A stretch of DNA of 64,000 nucleotides from a virus (lineage: Duplodnaviria; Caudoviricetes): IMG/VR virus record IMGVR_UViG_3300037851_000141, positions 128,001-192,000 of that record, one strand, 5' to 3'. The position numbers were made by a program, and so were the translations under genes. This document shows, piece by piece, positions 50,246 through 56,581 of the stretch (position 1 is its first letter; each line of letters starts with the position of its first letter). The notes under the pieces were generated by a model that saw only the letters and a program-made list of their open reading frames with translations, had not been told where the DNA came from and searched no databases.

Positions 50246-50695
50246 ATGACTGACCTAAAATCTGCCTATAAAGAAATGTCTAAACCACCAAGAATGATCC
50301 AAGTCGTACTATCAGATGAATCAAGAAATAAACTACTTAATTACCTAAACCCATTAAAATACTCCAATAAATCAGCTAAACCAGATCAATACTGCCACCA
50401 TATCACACTCGCCGTCAACCCCAATCAAAAACAACTCATATTCCTTAACTCACAAATACAAGAAAATCAAGAACTGAATATAACTTGCTTTCAACGGGCT
50501 TGGAGCGATTCTCTACAAATTGAGGCTGTCCTTGTAGAAATACCTTATCTGGAAGTACCCTGGCAAACTCTTCATATCACAACCTCAATGGAACACGATA
50601 AACCCGCCCTAAGCAACCAAATGATTAAATCAACAGATAAACAAACACAACAAATAAACTTGGAACTAAAAGGAACCGTAAAATACTATAAATAA
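50246..50695 (+). CDS. 2H phosphoesterase-superfamily protein
   Basis: Two HxT motifs (HHITL, LHITT) about 60 aa apart in a 149-aa protein. Confidence 0.75.
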   Translation: MTDLKSAYKEMSKPPRMIQVVLSDESRNKLLNYLNPLKYSNKSAKPDQYCHHITLAVNPNQKQLIFLNSQIQENQELNITCFQRAWSDSLQIEAVLVEIPYLEVPWQTLHITTSMEHDKPALSNQMIKSTDKQTQQINLELKGTVKYYK

Positions 50696-50709
50696 TAACG
50701 AGGTCAATT

Positions 50710-50946
50710 ATGAAACAAACTCTAAAAGAACAACTCGAAAATGCCTGGAATCAAGTTCAACAAACTAATGATCCAAGCCCTAAATACCTCGTCGGTGATA
50801 TCAAAGCAGGATTAAAAGCAGTTATAGAATTAATCCAAGAAGGTATAGATCAAAAACAATTGGCTAAAGTCGAAGGTACTATGAATAAATTGATCGAAAT
50901 AAGTAATAAACTGGATCAACTTGAAAAGAAAATAGGACTTGACTAA
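50710..50946 (+). CDS. Small coiled-coil hypothetical protein
   Basis: RBS GAGG. Confidence 0.6.
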   Translation: MKQTLKEQLENAWNQVQQTNDPSPKYLVGDIKAGLKAVIELIQEGIDQKQLAKVEGTMNKLIEISNKLDQLEKKIGLD

Positions 50947-51022
50947 TTTCAGAACTGTGGTAGAATAAGAGCGTTGAAAACAATATCTTTGACGCTCTTA
51001 TATCTTGGCAACTGAGAGTTTT
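50939..51022 (+). promoter_or_regulatory. Promoter and leader of the second tRNA block (TTGACT..TAGAAT, hairpin, boxA-like motif)
   Basis: AAGAGCGT/ACGCTCTT hairpin followed by TCTTGGCAACTGAGAGTTTT. Confidence 0.6.
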
Positions 51023-51024
51023 AT

Positions 51025-51095
51025 CAGGCCGTGGGATAGCGGTAGTCTACTAGTCTTGGGCACTAGGGGTGAGGGTTCAACTCCCTCCGGTCTGA
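51025..51095 (+). tRNA. tRNA-Pro(TGG)
   Basis: CAGGCCG/CGGTCTG acceptor; CTAGT-CTTGGGC-ACTAG. Confidence 0.9.
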
Positions 51096-51100
51096 TATTT

Positions 51101-51172
51101 GTTGCGGTGACTGAATGGCTAGGTGGCGGTTTGCAAAACCGTTCTATGTGGGTCCGAATCCCACCCGTAACT
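51101..51172 (+). tRNA. tRNA-Cys(GCA)
   Basis: GTTGCGG/CCGTAAC acceptor; loop TTGCAAA; U73; T-loop variant TCCGAAT. Confidence 0.88.
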
Positions 51173-51175
51173 TAT

Positions 51176-51322
51176 TAATATGTTGATAGTTGACTTAAGC
51201 AATGACAAGAGAAATTGCCGTGGAAACCTCAGACTATAGCTAAGTTAGAGGGAATAACATGCGACTGCGAGCCGGAACTCCAGAGTGGGAGAATGCCCCA
51301 ACCTTTTTTCTTCAACATATTA
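51176..51322 (+). ncRNA. Structured ncRNA A (147 nt), not a tRNA
   Basis: Perfect 11-bp terminal stem TAATATGTTGA/TCAACATATTA plus internal hairpins. Confidence 0.65.
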
Positions 51323-51332
51323 TTTCTTTTCT

Positions 51333-51479
51333 AAATAGAACACTGATAGGTTGACGAATCGAAAGAAATATTAAAACCGTCAATCGTTAACTTTGTCATG
51401 ACATTGTTGGTGTGTAGAACGACTATCTAAGGGGTAGGTAAGGAGTATGACCTTGTAATATTTTTTCGGTGTTCTATTT
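51333..51479 (+). ncRNA. Structured ncRNA B (147 nt), paralog-like to A
   Basis: 14-bp terminal stem AAATAGAACACTGA/TCGGTGTTCTATTT; motifs shared with A. Confidence 0.65.
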
Positions 51480-51482
51480 TAT

Positions 51483-51569
51483 GCCCGTATGGTGGAATTG
51501 GCAGACACACAAGACTTAGGATCTTGTGCCTTAACTGGCGTGTAGGTTCAAGTCCTACTACGGGTACCA
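51483..51569 (+). tRNA. tRNA-Leu(TAG)
   Basis: CAAGA-CTTAGGA-TCTTG; variable arm; encoded CCA. Confidence 0.93.
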
Positions 51570-51573
51570 ATAT

Positions 51574-51646
51574 GGGGACTTAGCTCATCTGGTAGAGCGT
51601 TTGCCTTGCACGCAAAAGGTGAGGGGTTCGACTCCCCTAGTCTCCA
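51574..51646 (+). tRNA. tRNA-Ala(TGC)
   Basis: GGGGACT/AGTCTCC acceptor with G3:U70; loop CTTGCAC. Confidence 0.93.
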
Positions 51647-51695
51647 TTATATAAATTGTTTGGACTTACCGAAATAGTATGATATAATAATATCT

Positions 51696-52337
51696 ATGAA
51701 AAATAAACTTTGTCTTAAATGTAAAAAAGAATTTCCACAAACCATAAGAATTGATGGGAAAAGACGCAATCTAAACAATAGAAAATATTGCTTAGACTGC
51801 TCTCCATTTGGTTCACATAATACAAGAGAACTACAAGATAATGTGTCCAGTATAAATTTATGTAAACGTTGTGGTCGTCATTTAAGATGTAAAAGGCGAA
51901 GATATTGTCAATGGTGTACACTTAAAAGAAAAAGAGATAGTATTTCGAAAAATGTTTATAATTTATTAGGTAATAGATGCTGGATTTGTAATGAATGTTC
52001 TACAAATGATGATTATACCAATTATCTTTTTTGTTTACATCACGTATATCCAGAATATAAAAAATATAAACTATCTAAAGATAATATGAGTAGACTTTCG
52101 CATTATCAATTAAAAGAAGAAATAAAAAAATGTGTTTGTTTATGTCATAATTGTCATAGTACGTTTCATTATACTGATTTGATAACACAAAATCAAATAA
52201 TTACAGTATATAATAATTTTTGGTTAAATATTGTTGATGATGATATGAATAAACTTTTTAAATTATATGACTATGAAAACATCAAAGATAAAAATCAAAA
52301 AGATTTATCATATCCAGAAATCGAATATTATATATAA
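51696..52337 (+). CDS. HNH endonuclease with multiple Zn-binding Cys pairs, probably free-standing homing endonuclease
   Basis: CLKC, CLDC, CKRC, CQWC, CWIC; LHHVYP..KCVCLCHNCH; own promoter ending in TATAAT. Confidence 0.8.
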   Translation: MKNKLCLKCKKEFPQTIRIDGKRRNLNNRKYCLDCSPFGSHNTRELQDNVSSINLCKRCGRHLRCKRRRYCQWCTLKRKRDSISKNVYNLLGNRCWICNECSTNDDYTNYLFCLHHVYPEYKKYKLSKDNMSRLSHYQLKEEIKKCVCLCHNCHSTFHYTDLITQNQIITVYNNFWLNIVDDDMNKLFKLYDYENIKDKNQKDLSYPEIEYYI

Positions 52338-52343
52338 TTTCAT

Positions 52344-52427
52344 TCAACGGTGCCCCGAATGATAAGGGACTCGGCTGTTAACCGAGCGGGAGAAATCCCA
52401 TTGCTGGTTTGACTCCAGCCCGTTGAG
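52344..52427 (+). tRNA. tRNA-Asn(GTT) with atypical long variable arm
   Basis: TCAACGG/CCGTTGA acceptor (U1:A72), G73; CTCGG-CTGTTAA-CCGAG; GGGA-GAAA-TCCC variable hairpin. Confidence 0.82.
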
Positions 52428-52457
52428 TTAAAAGTCCTTGCAAAAGGACTAAAAATC

Positions 52458-52586
52458 AAAGACTGAATGCCTGAAAGTTTACATTAGGATCTCTTGGTAG
52501 GTGGTTCAATTCCACCCAACCCGCCTCGCGTGGTTGTAGCTCACCGGCAGAGCAGGAGAGTTAACTTTCAACTTTTGTCAGTCTTT
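52458..52586 (+). ncRNA. Circularly permuted tRNA-like RNA, candidate YrlA-type Y RNA
   Basis: 5'-3' order is terminal stem, T arm (GGTGG-TTCAATT-CCACC), loop-closed acceptor stem, D arm (GCTC-ACCGGCA-GAGC), terminal stem; AAAGACTGA/TCAGTCTTT and TGAAAGTT/AACTTTCA helices; no anticodon loop. Confidence 0.75.
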
Positions 52587-52590
52587 TTAT

Positions 52591-52662
52591 GTTGATGAAG
52601 CTAAATGGCGCAGCGAAGGTTTCATAAGCCTTTTCAAGTGGGTTCGATTCCCACCATCAACA
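52591..52662 (+). tRNA. tRNA with CAT anticodon (Met, or Ile2 if lysidinylated)
   Basis: GTTGATG/CATCAAC acceptor; AAGGT-TTCATAA-GCCTT. Confidence 0.85.
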
Positions 52663-52685
52663 TTAAAACCATAGAAAGGTATATT

Positions 52686-52835
52686 ATGAAGATTCTCGCG
52701 TTTATGATATTTGTGTTGATGTTATGTGGATGTAGTAGTCGTCCAGGGATTATTGCTAATATGTCATCTGATGCTGGTATAAATTGGGATGATGGTGACG
52801 TTATTCCGATTTGTATTTGGTCGTGGACGTTTTAA
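52686..52835 (+). CDS. Small putative lipoprotein (49 aa)
   Basis: MK, hydrophobic stretch, lipobox-like LCGC; RBS GAAAGG. Confidence 0.6.
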   Translation: MKILAFMIFVLMLCGCSSRPGIIANMSSDAGINWDDGDVIPICIWSWTF

Positions 52836-52841
52836 TTTTAT

Positions 52842-52913
52842 GAGGGTTGTAGTCTAGTGGTAAAACGCTTCGTTGTGGCCGAAGATACTCGGGTTCGATT
52901 CCCGGCAGCCCTA
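52842..52913 (+). tRNA. tRNA-His(GTG)
   Basis: CTTCG-TTGTGGC-CGAAG; AGGGTTG/CAGCCCT acceptor; G at -1, A at 73. Confidence 0.88.
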
Positions 52914-52922
52914 TTTTTATAA

Positions 52923-52994
52923 CCTCCCATAGTTTAATGGTTAGAACGCAGTCCTGATACGGCTGATATCACTGTTCAAATCAGTGTGGGAGGA
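52923..52994 (+). tRNA. tRNA-Ile(GAT)
   Basis: CCTCCCA/TGGGAGG acceptor; CAGTC-CTGATAC-GGCTG. Confidence 0.88.
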
Positions 52995-53190
52995 CTTTTA
53001 TAATATTTATAGTAAAAATAAATGTATATATTATCGGTACTGATATTTTACTTAGTTTTATTTCTACATTATAATCAACCAAATATATAAAAATTTTATC
53101 GTTTTATTTATATAATTGACGACAGAAAATATTTATCAAAAACTTAACACTCATGATATAAATACATGTATAACCAGAAATGGAGATAAG

Positions 53191-53349
53191 ATGAAAGATA
53201 CCAAAGATAATGAAGTAAGAATAAGACTAACAAGTGAAGATAAAAACTTGATTGAAACTAATGCCAAGAACTTCGGATTTGTCTCAGTAAGTGAATACCT
53301 TAGATATATAGGTAAAAACTGTAAAGAAATCAAAATAAAAATCCAATGA
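53191..53349 (+). CDS. Small ribbon-helix-helix protein (52 aa)
   Basis: EVRIRLTSEDKNLIETNAKNFGFVSVSEYLR; RBS GGAG; ATGA-coupled to tnpB. Confidence 0.75.
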   Translation: MKDTKDNEVRIRLTSEDKNLIETNAKNFGFVSVSEYLRYIGKNCKEIKIKIQ

Positions 53350-54956
53350 TAAAATCTTACTCGTTCTACTGCTCTGACCTTAATAAGAAAAAGACAGATT
53401 TACTCTTACAAAAAGCAGTAGAATTGAGAGATTTTAAGAATCAAATATCTAAAGAAGTTTGTTCTAACTTTAGTTATTTCAACGAGATAAGTAAATTTGA
53501 CTGGATAACTTATTTCAGAACTCAACTTCCAAATTGTAATAATCAAGATATAAGTAATGCTATTTCAGATGTTTATGATAGTTATGAAAATAAACGAAAT
53601 AAGTTTATACAAAATATCTCATTCAAAGTCCAAAAAGAAATAAAATATACTTATTACAAAAATAACGGTAAAACTTATAAAAAAGGTGATGTTCGAGATG
53701 CTGAAGTTATCCTTGGAAGTAATAAGTTTACTAAATGCCTTACCTACTTATGTAGATACTGGAATCCTAACTTTATATCCTGGCTTGAAGAAAATAAAGA
53801 CCTTGATGAAAAGAAAGCCCAACTTCGTAATGATGCTCTGTCTTTGTTTAAGAAATATCCTGAACGAATAACGGTTCTTATTATCTCTCATAGAACCTCA
53901 GTAATAAACGAACTTGTTGAACATCCAATAACGTTCAACTCACTTAGTTTCAGAAGTTGTAATGAACTAAGAACTAAAATACTTAATAGAAATAAGAATC
54001 TCCAGGCTATATTTGGTGCTATTATAACTCTTGGAGGACAGAAAACATCATCAGGCAAACTCCATATTCCTGTAAAATATAGTTACTCTCATCATGGAAA
54101 TATAGATGACTATGATAAATCACCAAACGCTAAAGGGGTCAAAACTATATCATATACAGTCTGCTTCTATAAAAATAAAATAAGATTTGTATTAGGTAAA
54201 ACTGTAGATGATGAACTTCCGATAACTGACAAGAACGAATATTATGGAATTGATCTAAACGTTAAACATAATCTCTTCTGTGATAAACATGGGCAAACTA
54301 TAGATTATGATAGACGTATATTTCAAGATTATGTTAACTTCCTCAAAACCTTAGACTCAAAACATCAATATAAAAAACAACATAATCTCAATCTGGAATT
54401 AAGTAAAAAAGACCAAGACAAGTATGACACTTGGACTTCTCGTATAAAAGATATGTTGAAACGTAAATCTAATCAATTAGTCAAACAAGCAATAACTCAA
54501 GGCAAAAATCACATTGTAATGGAAGACCTTGGACAATTCTGTAAGTCATTTTCAAGATCAGAAGACTTTGACGGTTTCAAGTATTCTAGACTCATAAAGA
54601 TGTTAAATCTATCTGACTTGAAAAACATTGTCAAGTCAATTGCGAATAAACACGGAATTCAAGTCTCATTTGTTCATTCTCATTATACTAGCCAAACTTG
54701 CTCAAAATGTGGATTCATCTCAAGAGAAAATCGTAAATCGCAAGAAACTTTCTCTTGTCTTGAATGTGGACATACTAATAATGCTGATTCCAATTCTGCT
54801 GAAAATATAGAAAATAGAATGTCTGTAGATGATCTACAGGTCAAACTTCTATTGTCAGATAATGGTTCATGCTATCCTAAGAAACTAGGGAAGGCAACTA
54901 TTATCTCTATATTACATGATTACTATTCTCAAAAAGAAATAAACAAATTAGAGTGA
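53346..54956 (+). CDS. tnpB: TnpB-family RNA-guided endonuclease-like protein (536 aa)
   Basis: RuvC-I GIDLN, RuvC-II VMEDL, Zn ribbon TSQTCSKCG..CLECG, RuvC-III NADSN. Confidence 0.88.
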   Translation: MIKSYSFYCSDLNKKKTDLLLQKAVELRDFKNQISKEVCSNFSYFNEISKFDWITYFRTQLPNCNNQDISNAISDVYDSYENKRNKFIQNISFKVQKEIKYTYYKNNGKTYKKGDVRDAEVILGSNKFTKCLTYLCRYWNPNFISWLEENKDLDEKKAQLRNDALSLFKKYPERITVLIISHRTSVINELVEHPITFNSLSFRSCNELRTKILNRNKNLQAIFGAIITLGGQKTSSGKLHIPVKYSYSHHGNIDDYDKSPNAKGVKTISYTVCFYKNKIRFVLGKTVDDELPITDKNEYYGIDLNVKHNLFCDKHGQTIDYDRRIFQDYVNFLKTLDSKHQYKKQHNLNLELSKKDQDKYDTWTSRIKDMLKRKSNQLVKQAITQGKNHIVMEDLGQFCKSFSRSEDFDGFKYSRLIKMLNLSDLKNIVKSIANKHGIQVSFVHSHYTSQTCSKCGFISRENRKSQETFSCLECGHTNNADSNSAENIENRMSVDDLQVKLLLSDNGSCYPKKLGKATIISILHDYYSQKEINKLE

Positions 54957-55006
54957 TATTTTATCATTCTATGCTGTTTTTAGTAATCATCCAGCGTAAT
55001 TTATAG

Positions 55007-55123
55007 TACTCCTTAGTTCAATGGTAGAACATCGGCCTTGATCGCTATAGGAAGCAATGTAGTTCAAGTCTACAAGTGATCACCATGGAGCCGAGAATGC
55101 TGGTTCGAATCCAGCAGGAGTAA
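55007..55123 (+). tRNA. tRNA-Gln(TTG) interrupted in the anticodon loop by a 46-nt insert
   Basis: TACTCCT/AGGAGTA acceptor (U1:A72), GTTC/GAAC D stem, TCGGC/GCCGA anticodon stem, GCTGG-TTCGAAT-CCAGC; removing 55040-55085 gives loop CT-TTG-GA. Confidence 0.75.
55040..55085 (+). ncRNA. Nested mini-tRNA (acceptor stem, T arm, ACCA) inside tRNA-Gln
   Basis: GATCGCT/AGTGATC 7-bp stem, 11-nt linker, TGTAG-TTCAAGT-CTACA, A-CCA. Confidence 0.75.
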
Positions 55124-55129
55124 TTTTAT

Positions 55130-55201
55130 ACCCCTAAAGTGAAGATACCGTCACGTTAGCTTGTCGCGCTAAAGGGGAGAGTGGAAGTCTCTCTAGGGGT
55201 G
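55130..55201 (+). tRNA. Atypical tRNA-Asp(GTC)
   Basis: ACCCCTA/TAGGGGT acceptor, G73; TTAGC-TTGTCGC-GCTAA; non-canonical T-loop TGGAAGT. Confidence 0.75.
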
Positions 55202-55251
55202 CTTGCTTTTTCATTTTTTTATGGTACAATAATAATCTACGGAAAGAGGAT

Positions 55252-55734
55252 ATGCCGAAGTTAAAGATAACCCAAGAATTGTTAAACACGATATTAGCTG
55301 AGAGAATAGCGAAGTTTAACAAAGTGTGTACATCTGAGAAACTGAAGAATATCATAAACACAATACCTATAGTCATTTACGTTGATAATCGTACAGCGAC
55401 ATATTTAGGTTATGCTGATACAGTTAAGCGTAGAAACAAGAAAGAGATGAAGCGATACAAGATAAATTCACGTAAGAGTAAGAGTTATTTTTTTGAGGAT
55501 GACAACGTTTATTTTCTTATTGGAGTATGTACGAAGTTATTTAATTCGTATAATTTTAAGAATAATAAGAGTAGGCGTATGGAATTAACTGATACTGTTG
55601 CTCATGAGTTAGGTCATATATTGGAGTTTTTTGTTCATGGATATGAGGAACGTGTTTGTATTTTTCATACGAAGACATGGAAGAGATTTGCTCGTTTATT
55701 TGGATGTAGGAATGTTCGTGCTGTACAAGAATAA
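55252..55734 (+). CDS. SprT-like zinc metalloprotease-domain protein
   Basis: TVAHELGH..HTKTWK; promoter TTGCTT-N17-TACAAT. Confidence 0.7.
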   Translation: MPKLKITQELLNTILAERIAKFNKVCTSEKLKNIINTIPIVIYVDNRTATYLGYADTVKRRNKKEMKRYKINSRKSKSYFFEDDNVYFLIGVCTKLFNSYNFKNNKSRRMELTDTVAHELGHILEFFVHGYEERVCIFHTKTWKRFARLFGCRNVRAVQE

Positions 55735-55737
55735 TAT

Positions 55738-55812
55738 GCCCGCGTAGTTTAACAGAAGAACAAAAGGCTACGGACCTTTAGATAGTTTTAGGTGCAAATC
55801 CTCTCGCGGGTG
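55738..55812 (+). tRNA. tRNA-Arg(ACG), weak T stem
   Basis: GCCCGCG/CGCGGGT acceptor; AAAGG-CTACGGA-CCTTT; only 3 bp of T stem around TGCAAAT. Confidence 0.7.
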
Positions 55813-55821
55813 CTTTTATTT

Positions 55822-55902
55822 GTCCAAGTGGTGAAATGGCAGACACAGCATCTTGAGGGGGTGCCGCCGCGAGGCATGAAGGTTCGACTCCTTTCTTGGA
55901 CA
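55822..55902 (+). tRNA. tRNA-Leu(GAG)
   Basis: GTCCAAG/CTTGGAC acceptor, A73; loop TTGAGGG; variable arm. Confidence 0.9.
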
Positions 55903-55909
55903 TAAGTAT

Positions 55910-55993
55910 GGGGCTGTACGCAAACTGGAAAAGCGGCTTGTTTTCTTAGAATTCAAGTGTTTTTGAAGGTTCGATTCCTTTCCAGCCCCACCA
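55910..55993 (+). tRNA. Leu(TAG)-like tRNA with expanded 13-nt anticodon loop
   Basis: GGGGCTG/CAGCCCC acceptor, encoded CCA, Leu-type D loop; CTTG-TTTTCTTAGAATT-CAAG. Confidence 0.6.
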
Positions 55994-56020
55994 ATAAAAA
56001 CTCTCAGTTGTCGTTATAAT

Positions 56021-56581
56021 ATGTTGATGGAATATCGTCAAATAATACGTCGGTTATATAAGTGGGTATTTTTTAAGAAGCACCACAAGTTATTTTTTCA
56101 CAATTGTTATCCTATTAATTGGTTTGAGTCTGATTTTATTTCAATAACTGGATCTGATTTTATACATGAGTTTGAGGTAAAGCGTACTGCTGCGGATTTT
56201 AGGAATGATTTTACAAAGGAAGTGAAGCATAGTTGGTTAGGTGGAAAGCGTGATATAGTTAAGTTAGATGAGCGGCATAAGCGTGGTTTGTTGAATGTTG
56301 AGAAGAATGATGATGATACGGTAAAGATTCAATACGAGTATGATTTATCTAAGTTTGAGGGGCCTAATTATTTTTGGTATGTTTGTCCTGTTGGAGTAAT
56401 AAAGATTGAGGATATTCCAAGTTATGCGGGTTTAATTGAGGTAAATGATAAGAATTTAGTGATGAATATAGTTAAAGAGGCACCAAGGCTACATAAGAAT
56501 AAGATTACAATTGAGCGTAAGCAGCAGTTATGGATGGGCATTATGTTTAAGTACTGGAAGGCTTATTATAAAGAAAAGTGA
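56021..56581 (+). CDS. PD-(D/E)XK nuclease-like (MmcB-like) protein
   Basis: ESDFI..EFEVK..ADFRND. Confidence 0.6.
   Translation: MLMEYRQIIRRLYKWVFFKKHHKLFFHNCYPINWFESDFISITGSDFIHEFEVKRTAADFRNDFTKEVKHSWLGGKRDIVKLDERHKRGLLNVEKNDDDTVKIQYEYDLSKFEGPNYFWYVCPVGVIKIEDIPSYAGLIEVNDKNLVMNIVKEAPRLHKNKITIERKQQLWMGIMFKYWKAYYKEK

Larger units (their letters stand above)
53005..55008 (+). mobile_element. RHH-TnpB cassette inserted between tRNA-Ile and tRNA-Gln; no transposase
   Basis: AT-rich flanks; ATTTATAGTA direct repeat at 53005-53014 and 54999-55008. Confidence 0.5.
51007..56012. repeat. Long-range inverted repeat: GGCAACTGAGAGTTTT (51007-51022; second copy 47798-47811) versus AAAACTCTCAGTTGTC (55997-56012)
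   Basis: 16-bp complementarity with one G-U pair, lying at the boundaries of the tRNA array. Confidence 0.75.

Noticed and set aside
51343-51400. Hammerhead ribozyme in ncRNA B (CTGAT..stem..GAAA)
   Set aside because: The core lacks G8 (CUGAUA rather than CUGANGA), and stems I and III cannot form around the GUC.
52458-52586. Algal-type permuted tRNA gene or tmRNA
   Set aside because: No anticodon loop can be rebuilt, no bulge-helix-bulge or tag ORF is present, and the acceptor linker is too short to be an intervening sequence with CCA.
52605-52685. N-terminal extension of the small lipoprotein, plus ORFs 48053-48277 and 55134-55376
   Set aside because: They overlap tRNA genes.
53346-54956. 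Cas12f/type V CRISPR effector
   Set aside because: No repeat-spacer array or cas genes occur in the window, so TnpB is the simpler call.
55040-55085. Group I or archaeal BHB intron in tRNA-Gln
   Set aside because: 46 nt is far too short for a group I core, the site is 34/35, and no BHB motif is evident.
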